Source: Azolla caroliniana
Lineage: Eukaryota; Plantae; Polypodiophyta
DNA: 64,000 nt
Reading direction: 5' to 3'
Assembly: GCA_043228905.1 (NCBI GenBank)
Contig: JBHGNT010000014.1
Location: 5,766,001-5,830,000, forward strand
Shown piece by piece: positions 25,547 to 39,493 of this stretch. A program made the position numbers and the translations under genes. The notes below the pieces were generated by a model. That model was not told where the DNA came from. It saw only the letters and a list, made by a program, of their open reading frames with translations, and did no database searches. Numbering within the stretch: position 1 is the stretch's first letter; each line of letters opens with the position of its first letter.

Positions 25547-26086
25547 CCGGCAACCGGGGAAAGCATAACGACGCAAACTGTCAAGATGCCGGCAAGGTGC
25601 GCGTTTCGGGTAAGGGTCCGACAGGACCGAAGAAAAATTAATCACACGATTAACTTTACAAAAATAATAAAAAATAAAAAAATAAAAATAAAAATAAAAA
25701 TAAAAAATAAAAAATAAAGGAGTGAATAAATAAATCATGGAAAGGAGTGGTGGAAACGGCCATGCAAACGAGGAGTAAAGAGGCATGTCGAAAAGGTACG
25801 AGGGGCTATGAATAGGACATTAAACCACCGCCACATGGCACACAATGCTATTATAGTACACGACCTGCACATGCGGAGGCTCGAAAAAGGTGCCAAGATG
25901 CAGAGAGAAAAACCCCCACACATCGAGACCTTCTCCTATCGCGAACCAAGGAGAACAGACGCAGACAGATCCGTGAAGATCAATCGCAGAGAGCTCACAC
26001 ACAGAGAACCCCCTCCCTCAAAACTTTCTCTCTCACACTCTCCCCACCATCAAACCTCGCCAACGCTCTCCGACCTCGACGTAGAG

Positions 26087-29000
26087 ATGGACTGCCAAGC
26101 GCTGTCTGACGCCACCAAGAAATGGCTACGGCAGCACGGTCTGGAGGGTTTCTTAACGATCATGGAGGCGACGCCACACAAGCAGGCCGAAAAGATTATA
26201 AAAGAAATTGACACAGAGGTGATCATGGAGGAGGCGATCCGTGCGTTAATAGGCCTTTAGGAGGGAGGCATCTACACGATCGGTAATCCGACCTCCGAGC
26301 AGCTCATCAAATATTTCGGTGAGTACTCTCTCGCCAGCAAGGGCTACAGGACACAGGGTGGCGAAGATATGCTATTCCGCGAAATTGCCCGTGTGCTCCA
26401 TCAGTTCGGCCACGTGTACCCTTGACCCCCCGTCATGCCTTAGAACCGAGCAGGCTTGATTATCGTGACATACGAAGGGGTCAAGGTAGATTGGCCGGTG
26501 CTGATCGCCGACGGGCTGTGTACGACCATCGATATAGTAAGAGGAAAGGACGGCAAGGAAGGCCGGAAAATATGGCACGTGGTGACGCAATGGCTCACCC
26601 TGTTGGCGCCACCGGTCGAGCCTGTCCAAACCAAAAAGCGGGGCAGAGCAACGAACGGTACCCCGAAACCTGCTTCGAAACGACAACAACTGTTGGCCTC
26701 CGACGCAGAGAAGGCGGCAAAGGAGCGCACTAGCCAGAAGCGGCCGACGGACACACACGAGGAGACACCGGCACGGCCCTTGAAGAGACCACTCCACCGA
26801 CCAGTGCAACAGGAAACGGACACCCTGGCGGCAAGAATGAATGCCAGGATTCAAACAGAGGAAATGGAGGAAGAACCCACGGAGCACCTCCAACGGCGGC
26901 CGGTGAAGAGCACCGTTGAATCAGTTGGGACGCGTTCGGACCCACAGAAGGATGGAACGCCTACAACTCACGCTGTCGTGAAGAAAACCGGCCATAGGCG
27001 GAATCGAAGAAAAAGGCGCATGAACCGGCTCTTACATGGGTGGACGTGAGGATTGATATATTGTACATAATTCGTAATTAGGGCGACTGGTGTAAATACT
27101 AGGTAGTGCACATTTATTAGGGGGTTTTGTGTGTATCTTTGTCGATAGGGACAGGGAATAAAGCAATTTGGCTGAGGAAAAGGGGGCACCCCCTTTTGGG
27201 GAACTATTTAAGGAGGGAGAGAAAGAAGGAACAAATATCGCGCATTAAGGAGGATGAAGTGCTGTAGGACCGAGAGCCGAACTCTCTCTCTTGCTCCGGC
27301 CGTCATTCTCTACGGATGTCGGGAGTTCGCTGCCTCTGCTTCGTGGACAGCCCGTGTGCTTCCAGCAGAGGCTCTCCCTTCTACGTTTTTGGGGTCCAAT
27401 GTGTTCTGTCTGTGTGCGTGAGTAGGGTCCCCGTGTCGGGTCCATCACCAGCTCACCGGGTGTAACTGTCAGAGTTTGTAATCGACTGTTATTGTAATTA
27501 AGGGTTCCGTTCGTTCTCCTCCTTCTCGCTTCCGCATATATGCAAATCTCTCTCTCTCTCTCTCTCTTTGTGCTTGCATCTCTCTCTCTCTCGCTCCTCG
27601 GTTCAAGGCCCCCGTGGTCCCGCCTCTTTCTCCACGCACTCGCGTAACAACGCGACAACGCTGAGCATCCCACGCCAAGGGAGGCACCGGAACCGGTTCG
27701 GAGGGAACCGGTCACAGAAGTCCCAGCACAACAGGTAGCACCGGCAAGCCCCGTAACTCAAGAGCCAGATATACAAAGACCAACCGTTCTAGCCGGCCAA
27801 GAACAAGTAGACAAGGGGCGGCTAGCATAAACACACTCAGAGCCGGAATGGCAAAGTGGTAAGTTCGCAGAACCAGAAGCACAGCTCGACGCAGTAAGGC
27901 GGGACCAGCCACCCGCGAGTGAACCCATCAGCCAACTCTCCGTGCAAGCGCAACAACAGTGCACCGGCAGCCAATGGCTCCGGTGGATAGGAGAACAAAT
28001 TGCCGGAATAGTCGGATGCATAGAGGCGGAGGAAAGAGTGCAAACGGAACGGTTGCTCGTCACAACCGATGAATTGGAGACGGCCCGGTCAAGGATCTGG
28101 TGCCTCGAACAAGACTTGGATCGGATTACCGAAGACATGGCTAAAATGGCCTTAACCGCAACACAGATCCAAGCACCGGTGACTCTGGTTGATGTACAAA
28201 GGAATAAGACCCCGGAGACAAAAACTGTCCCGGAGAAAGATGTAGCGCAAGCCCAAGAGCTTGCGGAATTAGGAGATGAACTTGCCACACAAGAAGCATT
28301 ACGGAGCCGCGAATGCGACTTGAAGAAGGCGGCCGAAGAAGAATTAAAAAAGACTGCTGAGAACCTCCGCTGGGCAGAGGAAAACCTGCGTAAAGGACAT
28401 CATGCGTACAACCAGCTAAAAGAGGAAAAAGAGAAATTGTTGCAGGAAAAAGACAAGCTGCGACGGATGGCGGATACGGAAATCGAGAGGCTGAAGGAAG
28501 AGCTCCGTCAACAGAAGGAACGGGAGGACTGCATGCGCCGACAGATCAACCAGAGGCTGAAGCAGAAGACCGATGATTTTGATCATCTGCATCGGGACTA
28601 CAAGCAGTTGGAGATAGAGTATAAGCAACAATAGGAACGGATGGCCGAGCTCCGGCAAGAAGTTGATAGGGCCACAACGACACTCGCTGAAGAATGAGCT
28701 GAGAGTTCCGAGCTATTGGAGGAAGCGGCGAATGACCAGATGGAGCTCCACAAACAGAACCATGAAGACAAGGAAAGAGTGACAATGGTATTACAAAGGT
28801 TGCAAACAACCTATCCAAATCAATTGTTGCATTATAGGGAGTAGGAGGCGGACACGGTCCGAATCATCAAGAAATTGAAAGAGGAGCGACAAGCCACAGA
28901 AAATAAATCACAGATGGGAGCCGAACGGATCCAGTGCATCCTCCGGTCATGGCTCACTAAGACCAAAAGTGTGATTGACGACAGCTCTGTGCGATCGTGG

Positions 29001-29552
29001 ACGAAATGGGCGCAGAATACGGCGGAACTCCAATTGCTCCGAGCGGACGTGGAAAACCGGCGGAAGGAGGGTGATGACTGTTATACGCTGACATCGGAGG
29101 ACTTCACCGCCATAAGGGATGAGCTGGTTGAAGATTTCACAGCCCTGGCAGATGAACAATTGGTGCAGGTCCGGCAGCTCGTAGCTCAACTGGACGACGA
29201 TCGGTTGGAGGCTCAAATCCAGTTTGAGAGCTATGAGGGGTCCCGGCTTCGGGAAGAAAAAGCGAGAAAGGCGGCAACGGTGAACCTTAGTGATGAGGAA
29301 TCGTCGTCAGTACTAGGACCAGACGGGGACCAGGCCGGGGTCAGTCAGCCAGAGAAAACTCGAACGGAGGAACCAACGAAGGAAACGTCGGTGCCAAAGC
29401 AACAAACGGAGCCACAACCCCAAACGGAGAAGGCACAAACGAAGCAACCTCAGCCACAAACGGAATAGCAGCCACAACAACAACAACAGATTCCCGACGA
29501 GCCATTGGAAATTTTGGAGCAAAGCATTCTGGACATTTTGTACGAAGCGTAA
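26087..29552 (+). pseudogene. G accessory ORF after pol (globular N-domain, basic NLS-like patch, coiled coil), split by a solo LTR
   Basis: ATG 26087 after an A-rich spacer and CT-rich leader; VDWPVLIAD; KKRGR; heptads; ends SILDILYEA*. Confidence 0.75.
26974..27657 (+). mobile_element. Solo LTR, Trp-PBS gypsy lineage
   Basis: TGTCGTGAAG...AACGCGACA; TSD ACGC on both sides; U5 hairpin motif. Confidence 0.9.
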
Positions 29553-31462
29553 AAGGGCCGGATAATGGGTTCGACGTACAAGGTACTGTCCCACGGGCGT
29601 GCCATGTGTTACCGACCGGCATGAAGGCTTAAGGAGGTCCAAACCAGGGTGTGAAAGGAATAGTTTATTCGGGAACTGTTGTAATTAGTAGTCTTAAAAT
29701 ATATAGTAATATATGAGAAGATGTGGACAGACGCACCGGAATCGGTATGTCGATCCGGATCCGGACCGATCCCGAAAAGGTGCCGGTTGGCACCGTTTTG
29801 TATTTCGCACCGGAGACCTATATAAAGGCCCGGTTACAATGTAATCGAGAGTGGATAATTAATAGAGCTTATTGTCTTAATCTTCCAGTTTTGATTACCG
29901 TTCTGTATTCATTGTTGTATCTTACGCGTGTTAATTACGAATTGCTAAGTAACCAATTAAGGTCTAATTAAGCGTTGTGCCGTAAGTCATTCTGCCGTAC
30001 CACCCTTTGTTGAAGTGTCTTAAGTGGACACCCTATGTTAGGTTGTTGTCCGGCCCTAGGATTAACAATAACCGATCAAGAGTAGAAGCAAGAATGACAA
30101 TGGCCGTGCTTCCACACACACACACACACAGTTACACGAAAACCGCAACCAAAGGAAACAAAGGAAACGAGACGAATGCGTATATGTATATATATATATA
30201 TTCTGATGAAAAAGGGGTTACAACTAGCAGGCTGGTGAGCGACAATCTCCTACGCCTACACACATGCACACAAAAGAACGAGATGGAGACTCTGTCAGAA
30301 GCACTCGAGCAGTCCGCGAAGCAGAGTCAGCCTCCCGAAAACCTGCACAGAGCAAAATACAGAGAAAGACAGAGGAGAAGAGCTTGGTCCCAGTCCGATA
30401 GCATTTTGTCCTCGACAAAAGCAATCCCTTTTTCGATCCCTCTCCCTCTCTTTTATAGCTCAAGGAGGGAGGCCGTTACAACTTGTTACATCATCTTTAT
30501 TCTCTGTCATTTCGGACAAAGATATGCCTCAATTTCCTACCTATCAAATCCGTGCGACCTAGGATAGTCACATTAGCCGACTTGCACCTAAATATGTACA
30601 TTACAACAAAACTTGTGCTCACGTGTAAGGGCCGGTTCGTGCACATCATTCTCTGATTCTGCCTAGGGACGGTTTTCTCCACGACACCGTCTACATCCAA
30701 AACCGAATCGGGGACTAGGTGTCAGCACATCAACTGTATTATGGGCAAAAGCCGAACTTAAGACACCTCAAGGTATTCAGTAGCATTGCCTATGTGCCTG
30801 TACCGGATGAGAAGCAAAGAAAGCTAGAATGGAAGAAGTGCTATAACGCTCAAACAAAACAAGTTCGAGTGAGCCGAGATGTCGAATTTGATGAGTCGGC
30901 ATCATGGTACTCTCTACCGAATCCGACCCGATTTCGGAAGATGAGGCTAGTGAGCCCCAATCGATACTGGCAAAAGATTAAGAAGGATTCAGTACTCTGG
31001 ATGAGAGTTCGATCTCATTCCGGCTAAGTGGGCTGAATGAGTGACTAAGTCGAAACACCCAGTCAGATGAAGAGTTTGCGAGTAGCAAAGACTTCGCCGT
31101 GCTCTCCCAGCGTAAGGAACCACAGAGATGGTTCACACATAGAGAGAAGGGGAAGAAGTAGATGTCGGAATATAACACCGGCAGAGAAGTGTCGGATCAG
31201 AGCGAGACCGACTTAGGAAAGAACGAAGACGAACCTCCGGGAACGAAATTTGAACCTGTCAAGAGTGCCTTGAAATCAGTTAACGAGAAATTTGAACCTG
31301 TCAAACGGTATGGGTATAATGAGTACATGGCGCATCACTATGCGTACATGAAGAAAGTGGCAGAAGTGCGTGAGCTGGAGAGCAACACCAAAGCGGCAAA
31401 GGATGCGCATTGGCGTGCCACAATGGAGGAATAGATGCTGGCACTTGATGCCAACGACACAT

Positions 31463-31638
31463 GTCTGTGGGCTCCCGTGGTTTTTCCCTCTCAGGGTTTT
31501 CCACGTTAATATACTGTGTACCCTCTCTCATATTGTCAGTGTATATGTGCAGTTACCCTCATTGTCCATTTTCTTCTGTGGTTGTGATTCTAACGAAGTG
31601 ATTGAAGTCTTGGTGGTGGCCGAGCATTATTCCACATA
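31463..31638 (+). mobile_element. U5 fragment of an L/M-family copia LTR at the RT deletion of I
   Basis: GTGGGCTCCCGTGGTTTTTCCC..GGGTTTTCCACGT matches the reverse complement of 55675-55745. Confidence 0.75.
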
Positions 31639-32992
31639 TTCTTTACACATTGCCACCTGGGAAGCCATCTATCTATCTTTGGCGGCTGTTGTAAGACCTT
31701 TGGATCGAAGTCTCGACTCCGATCCCGATCTACTGCGACAACATGAGCAACATGCAGCTAGCCAAGAGCCCCGTGTTCCATGCTCGCACAAAGCACATAG
31801 AAGTGCATTACCACTTTGTGCACAATTGGGTCTTCGTCGGTGAAGTCGAACTCCGGTATGTCCGAACGAATCGGCAGGTTGCCGACATCTTCACGAAAGC
31901 CTTCGGACTGACAAGTTCCAACATTTCTCGGCGATGCTCAAGGTCTTTAGCATCTCGACATGCCACACTTGAGGGGAAGAACCGGTATTGAGTCAAGGAG
32001 AACCGGAAAGGAAACAACCCAAATAGGGGAAGACAAGAAGAAAAAGGGAGCCGAGTCGACTAAAGAATTTGGCATATGCGAACAAGTCGGAACAAGCGGT
32101 GACAACAACAGAGTCAAGGATAGAGTCGACCAGAGGAAGAAGGCCAAGAGCCGGACGTGGTCCGATGTGGTGAAGGGTCTGAAGGTTGAAGAAGAATTGG
32201 AGAGAACCAATTAGGACAAGAGTTGGAACGAATTGGAGGCACCCGATTCTGAAGACGTGTGTGATTCGGAGCAACTGGATCAACTTAAGGCCGAACGGAC
32301 AAGGAGACAACAAAAGTCGACACGGACATGGAGGAACTGATGGGTCAAGAAGTGTCGGAGTCTCAACAGCAAAGGAGCTGAGATGGGCCTTATGAGCAGA
32401 TAAGCCGAATGAGAAGGTCAAAGTGTGTAGGACCGGGCGAGTCGTGGAAAGCGGAACCGGACAGGTCGAAGAGTGTGAACGAGGTGAGAAGACGCTAGAA
32501 GAAGCCGTCTACATGGTTCGGCAGACACTAACTCAGAGATCCAACCTCAAGTTCAGCTTGAGGGGGAGTGTTGAGAGGACAAGGTCAACTGGATCTGGAT
32601 CGGTATCCGGAACAAAGAACCAGTTAGGTATCCGGATCGGTATCTTGAACCAAGAGCCGGATCGGATTGCAACCGGTAGGACGTTAGAGGTGTATGATCC
32701 TAGCCTAAAACGTAGGCATATTTCTAGGAATCATTGTCAATCACTTGTATGAGCATTGAAGTACAAGTTAGTACTTCTCTTAGTCGTTTTTAAGGACTTG
32801 TATAAAAGTGATCACTGAGCACATTGTATGTATTGAGGGTTATTATTTTTGTATTGAATCCAGGCTATTCTTCTCTCTTTGTCTCTCCTATACATTCTCT
32901 ATTCTGAAGCTTTCATTTAACCTATGGTTACTCTCTATTACTATCCCATGTAGCCGGTTTCGTCTGTAAGCTTCCGCACGCTACTTTTTTCA

Positions 32993-35900
32993 ACCTTCTT
33001 TGAATGTGCTTTGTATGAGAGTGATAGGCAACATTCTTAGCATGATGGATAACACTCTATACTCACAATGAAGTAGGAATTTTTCTTGCTTCATTCCTAG
33101 TTCACTTAGAAAATCTCTCATCCAAATCAATTCTTTTCCGGTTTCCAATGCAGCCATATACTTTGATGTGGACAAAGCCACGGCCTTTTGCAAGCTTGAT
33201 TGCCATGACACAACTCCCCATGAATAGGTCATCACATACCGTGATGGGGATCGATTGGAATCTACATCACCTGACATATTAGAATTTGTGAAACCTTCGA
33301 GCATAGGTTTCCCGGAGCCATATCTAAGGCATACACTCGAAGCACCTTTAAGGTATCTCAGTATCCATTTTATGGTTTCCCAATTCTCCTTTCCAGGATT
33401 ACAAATGTAGGGACTAACTGTCCCAACAACAAATGCAATGTCAGGTCTCATGCAGATCATAGCATACATTAGGATCCCAATTGCCGAGGCATACGACACC
33501 CTCCTCATCCCTACCTTATCTTTCCTAGTTTTTGGACATTGTCTTGAATTTAGCTTACAGATCATTGGCAATGGAGATCCAACAGATTTTGCATTATACA
33601 TATTAAACCTTTGCAAAACATTCGTCACATATTTCTCTTGTGACAACCATAGCATGTTTTTAGTTCTGTCCCGAACTATATGCATTCCCAAAATTTGTTT
33701 TGCCAATTGTAAGTCCTTCATGGCAAAAGATTTGCTCAAAGCTTTCTTCAAGCTTGGAATCTTCTTTAACATTTTGTCCAACAACTAACATATCATCCAC
33801 ATACAACAACAAGAGAATCAGAAAATCACCTTCATGATACTTTTTCACAAATACACAATGATTGGCTTGTTTTTTGTGGAATCCATGTTCCAACATGAAG
33901 GAATCAAACTTCTTATACCATTGCCGAGGAGCTTGCTTTAGCCCATACAGGCTCTTCCTCAACCTACATACAAGATTCTCTTTTCCTTTCACCTCAAAGC
34001 CCTCCGACTGTTGCATATATATTTCCTCTTCCAACTCACGATGCAAGAATGTTGTTTTAGCATCCACCTGTTCAATTTCCAGATTCATACTACCATACTC
34101 AAAACAGTCCGGATGGAAGTCATCTTCACAAATGGAACAAATATCTCATCAAAATCAACACCCTTTTCCTGTTGAAACCCTTCACCATAATATAGGCCTT
34201 ATACCTAGGTGTATTTCCATCTTCTCTAGTTTTTAATTTGTAGACCCATTTGTTTCTAAGTGCCTTTTTTCCCTCAGGCAATCCATTAGCTCATAGGTGT
34301 AGTTCTCATGCAAGGAATCCATTTCCTCTTGCATGGAATTATACCACTTCTCCTTGTGTTCATCTATCATGGCTTCTTCATAGCATTCTGGTTCACCTTC
34401 ATCAGTCAATAGAACATATTGACTAGCTCGATACCGAGAGGAGACCTTCCTTTGTCTACGTGGGTATCTCTTTTCTTCAGTCACAGACTCAGATTCGGTC
34501 TCTTCTACTAGATCATCTTCTGGCTCAGGTTCATGTGTATCAATCTATTGTTGTGTACCGACGGGCTCAAATTCGGTTTCATCAACTGGTTGTTGTCTCC
34601 CGGCCAGTTGTGTGAAAGAGGGATCGGCTAGAGCCGACTCCATAACAGCAATCGGCTGGGAAGATGAGACTGTTTTTTGTTGTTTCCCGTCTTCAATCGT
34701 CTTGTCTTCCATGCTTACGATGTCACAGGTCTATACCACCTTCTTATCAAGGAGATCCCACAACCTATAGTTGAACTCATCTTTCGAGTACCCCAAGAAT
34801 ATGCATGGTTTGGACTTGTTGTCCAACTTTGACCTCTGATCTTTTGCCACATGCATATATGCTAAGCATCCGAACACTCTTAAGTGCTGGCAAGATGCAC
34901 TTCTTCTTGTCCACGCACTTTGTGGGATATCACCCCTTAGAGGCACTGAGGGAGACTTATTTATAAGATAAATAGATGTCAACATTGCCTCATCCGAGTA
35001 TGATTTCGGCAGCTTTGCATGCGAAAACATGCTTCTTACCCTTTCCATTATGGTCTGATTCATTCTCTCTACTAAACCATTCTGCTAGGGTGTCTTTGGC
35101 ACCGTATACTCAAGTTTGATGCCTTGAGTCTTGCAATACATCTCAAATTGACTTCTATACTCACCATCATTATCTGTTCGGACAACTTTCAACTTCTGTC
35201 CAAATTCTCTTTTTGCCCTCGCATGAAACTCTTTAAAGACCGACAACACTTGGTCTTTAGACTTCAGCACGAAAGCCCACAACTTTCTGCTAAAGTCATC
35301 AATGAATGTCACAAAGTATTGTCCACCACGGTGTGATGGAGCATCCACATAGCACACATCTGTGTGGACCAATTCTAGGTCACATTCCCTTCTCATCGGA
35401 GGCCTAGAGTGAAAGGAAGCTCTGTTTTGCTTTCCAGCCAAGCAATCCACACATTTCTCAAGATGTATGCCTTTCACTTCTGGTAGGAGATCCTTTTCAG
35501 CAAGGATATGCATTCCCCTTTTGCTCATGTGGCCGAGCCTTTTATGCCACAACTCACCAGTCAGTCACAACATTTGCTTCATCTCGGCACAATCTTGCAT
35601 GCATTACATAAAATGTGTTCTATTTTTGTGCTCGAGCCACAATCAAACTTCCTTGGCTGAACTTCCATGTACCATTGTGAAAACTACCACTGTAGCCTTC
35701 ATCATCCAGCCAATATCAAATTCAGTCTGACATCTAGGACATGGCATACATCCTTCAACATTAACCTGCAACCAGTAGATGTTAACAAGCACACATTTCC
35801 TATACCTACAATCTTGCATTCACCATCGTTCCCATCCTTACACAACCATAGTCAATGGTCGTGTAAGATGAGAAACATTCTCTTTTGGGAGTTAGGTGAA

Positions 35901-36116
35901 ATGATGCACTAGAATCAACTCCCCAAGAACACTCAACATTGGCAAGATTCACACTAGCTTGTTCACAAATGAACAACAACTCTTCCTCACTGATTGCAAT
36001 GGCTAAAGTGTTCTTATCATTAGAAATTTTTCTAGGTTCAACATCATCATCGATGCCTTTCTCCTGCTTAAGGTGTCGACAATTTCTTTAGAAATGACCT
36101 AGTTTTCCACAATAGA
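32993..36116 (-). pseudogene. Copia element J (outermost host): zinc knuckle-PR-INT-RT-RH
   Basis: WHKRLGHMS; LELVHTDVC; VRTDNDGEY; SLYGLKQAPRQW; LYVDDML; WQSSLQKAVALST. Confidence 0.92.
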
Positions 36117-39100
36117 TGTGTGGAATAGTGCTTGGCCACAACCGAGTCTTAAACACTCAATGGAAGAAAGTAGAAAATAGAAATAAGATTGATACACTTA
36201 CACAGTATGAGACAACACCGGATGTTTACGTGGAAAACCCTAATAGGGAAAAAACCACGGGAGCCCACAGAATCCAACTATCCCTTGAGAAGAGGATACA
36301 GAGGGAGACTCGGAGGCAACGACCTCGAGCTCTATGTCTTCGCCATCCGGCGGTTACAACAGAAAAGCTTTCTGTATCTCACGCTCTGTCTCTGTCTCTG
36401 TCTCTCTTTATACAATAATATCTCTATATATAAAGTGATTGCCCTAAGTCATATTTATACTTATATGACTTTAGTGTATGAAAATAACGCTTGGCCACAA
36501 CTGAGTCTTCAACAAGGAATAGAAGAAAACAAACTAAAACGCGAAAAACCACGGGAGCCCACGGACTCCAACTATCACTATGAGAGGATGAGTACAAAGT
36601 GAGACTTAGAGGCAACAACCTCGAGCTCTATGTCTTCGCCAATGGCGGTTACAAACAGAAAACTAGTTCTGTATATTTCTCTCACTCACTCACTCTCTAT
36701 ATACGACAATATACAACATCTAACAATAAGCACGTCTATCATAAAGTGATTTCCCTAAGTCATATTTATACTTATATGACTTCAGGGCTATTTACAAATA
36801 TAGCCTCGATGGGCTCACCATGAAACATATTTACACATATGTCCTTGGATCCGGTTTGCACCGGATTCACTCAATCCAGTTTTCGGGTCTCATCCGGAAC
36901 CCTTCCGGATCCGGTTCCTTCATCCGGCTTGTCCGATCCAACTCCTCCAGCTCTCATCCAGAGGGACCGAATTCCCAACAAGCTCCCCCTTGACTCCGGC
37001 ATGGGATTTCTCGTTAATCCGATCCGTCTTCTGCACGCGTCCAACTTGTCGGTTGACAACACCTTGGTCAACATATCTGATCTGTTCTCCTTCGTGTGGA
37101 TCTTCGTCAGCACGAATTCTTGATCTTCTACCTTCTTGCGGAGCCCGTGATATCTCCTTTGGTTCGGGAATGGTAGGCCGCATTCTTCGCAAGGTTGATG
37201 CCACTTTAACTATCACAGTAGAGCCGGTATTCCTCCTATTGGATCCCTAGCTCTCCGATGAAGTCCTTCATCCAGATTACTTCCTTGCCGGCTTCCAAAG
37301 CTGCCATGTACTCTGCTTCCGTTGTCGATAGTGCCACGGACTTCTGTAGCCTCAACTACCACGATATGGCTCCCCTTGCACAAGTCATGACATATCCGAA
37401 TGTAGACCGACTGGTATCCGCATCAGCCGACATATCCAAATCTGTGAATTCGTCGTGTTGGGGTTTATTGGAACCAAACCAGAGGCACATACTCTAGGTA
37501 CCTTTCAGATACCAGAGTATCCACTTGACCACATTCTAGTGCTCTCTTCGAGGATTGCTCATAAACCGGCTAACTACTCCAACTGCATATCCGATATCCG
37601 GCCGGTTGCACACCATTGCGTACATTAAAGTTCCAACGGCATAGGCATATGGTATCTTCGTCATATCCGACTTCTCTACCTTTGTCTTCGGGATCTACTT
37701 TCTGGACAACTTGCATTTTTCCGGGACTATCAATCCGATCGGTTTCGCATCCGACATGTTGAACCTCTGAAGCACCTTTGTCATGTACTTCTCCTATGAT
37801 AACCACAACAACTTCTCTAACCGGTCCCAGATTATGTGCATGCCTAATATCTGTCTTGCCGAACCCAACTCTTTCATGGAAAAGGTCCGGTCCGACAATT
37901 AACATGTCATCCACATACAGAAGGAGTATAAGGAAATCGTCTCCATCGAAATTCATCACAAGCACGTAGTGGTCAGCTTGCGTCTTGTGGGAACTTCTGG
38001 TACCATTGCCGGGGGGCTTACTTCAATCTGTATAAGCTCATCTTTAGTCAGGACACTAGGTGCTCCTTCTGTTTCTTTTCAAATCCTTCTGGTTGATGCA
38101 TGTAGATCTCTTCTTCGAGGTCGCCATGTAGGAATGTCGTCTTGATGTCCAGTTGCTCTACCTCGAGGTCCATGCTTGCAACTATGCTCAATATCGTCCG
38201 GATGGATGTCATCTTTCCTACCGGGGCAAAGATCTCATCGAAATCCACACCTTGCTTTTGTTGAAAACCCTTCACAATGATTCGGGCCTTCTACCTCAGT
38301 GGATTTCCGGAGTCTCCCAGTTTTAGCTTGCACACCTACTTATTCCAGAGTGCTCTCTTTCCTTTCCGCAGCTCCGTCAATATATATGTGTGGTTCTCAT
38401 GCAGGGAATCCATCTTGTCCTGCATTGCACTCAACCACTTGTGGCTTTGGGTGTCTTTCTTTGCTTCAAAGGTGAGCAATACGTGCTCTGCATCCGGAAA
38501 TCTCAGGTGAGCTCTTCGCTCTCCGACCTTGGTTTTCGGCAACAGATTCCTTCGTCTCTTCCGAATCCGAATCTGATTCGGGATCTTGTCTGGTTCCAGT
38601 GTCTTCTTCTTGTTCTTCTTGTTCTTCTTCGGTCGGTTCGGTTTCTTGTATGAATTTGGCCGGTTCATTGAGTGTCATCCGGTTACCGACTAGCATCCGG
38701 TTTCCAACCAGGTAAATCCTTGTGTCCTCAAGCCTGTCTTCGTCGATCGATCCGGAGTCCATCATCTTCTTCTCCGACTCCCAATCAGCAATGGTCATGT
38801 CATCCATGAAGACTATGTCTCGACTCCGGAACACTTTTTTGTCAACCACATCCCACACCCAGTACCCGAACTCATCATTACCGTGTCTAGGGAATATACA
38901 TGGTCTGGGCTTCGAATCCAACTTTTCTCTCTTGTCCTTTACGACATGCAAATATGCAAGACAACCAAACACCTTCAGATGCCGATAAGATACATCTTTT
39001 CCCGTCCATACTTTTTGCGGTGAGTCTCCTTCCAAGGGTGCTGAGGGTGATTTGTTTATCACATAGGTCGTTGTCATCAGTGCCTCAGCCCAAAATGTAT

Positions 39101-39420
39101 TGGGTAAGTTGGCATGTGAGCGTTGTCGGGGTAGTTGTGGTTCGTGCGGCGAAGTCGCAGGGACTAAGGTTAAGGGGAGTTGAAGGAACTTTTATAAGGC
39201 TTGCGCGCAAATGTTAGGAAGATAAAGGATATGAAGAATAATAGTTTAAAGTAATATGTGTGAGATAGAGACTAGTATAGATAAAAGATAGAGGCAATGT
39301 ATGATTCAAGACGCAAGATAGAGACAAAGTATGATTTAAGACAAAAAAGTATATGATATGTATTATGAATACAAGATTTTACCAACTTTACAATGTTTGG
39401 TAGCAAGATGAACCCTTTCT

Positions 39421-39493
39421 CTACCGACCCTTGATTCGAACTCACGACCTCAACTTCGAAACGAGAGGTTCTCCACCCAATAAGCTAGTCTTC
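39421..39493 (-). promoter_or_regulatory. tRNA-derived module (Arg-UCG-like loop)
   Basis: Minus strand TAGCTTATTGG...TTTCGAA...GAGTTCGAATC. Confidence 0.6.

Larger units (their letters stand above)
19301..30067 (+). mobile_element. Element G: full-length Athila/Tat-like (non-chromovirus) gypsy; LTRs 19301-19767 and 29607-30067
   Basis: Near-identical LTRs ending TTAACA; TSD ATAAC (19296-19300, 30068-30072), single-copy in the other D LTR; PBS-like TGGCGACCGCG at 19775 (probably tRNA-Arg). Confidence 0.95.
12973..30686 (-). mobile_element. Element D: full-length degenerate Ty3/gypsy; 3' LTR 12973-13654; 5' LTR 19233-19300 plus 30073-30686, split by G
   Basis: Matching LTRs; TSD CCGT (12969-12972, 30687-30690); Trp PBS; PPT; gag-PR-RT-RH-INT order. 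Confidence 0.93.
12956..32992 (+). mobile_element. Copia element I (3' half): 12956-12972 plus 30691-32992, INT and RH remnants, RT deleted, 3' LTR 32569-32992
   Basis: IRTTVYIQNRIG is rejoined across D; KPNLRHLKVF; [15 protein letters not shown]; PPT CTTGAGGGGGAG then TGTTGAGAG. Confidence 0.8.

Noticed and set aside
27942-28634. Host myosin/SMC-like gene or env
   Set aside because: It lies between pol and the 3' LTR of G, has a homologue in H, and shows no signal peptide or transmembrane segment
30200-30230. Hammerhead ribozyme or retrozyme core (CTGATGA)
   Set aside because: No supporting stems seen, and the other D LTR reads ATGATGA
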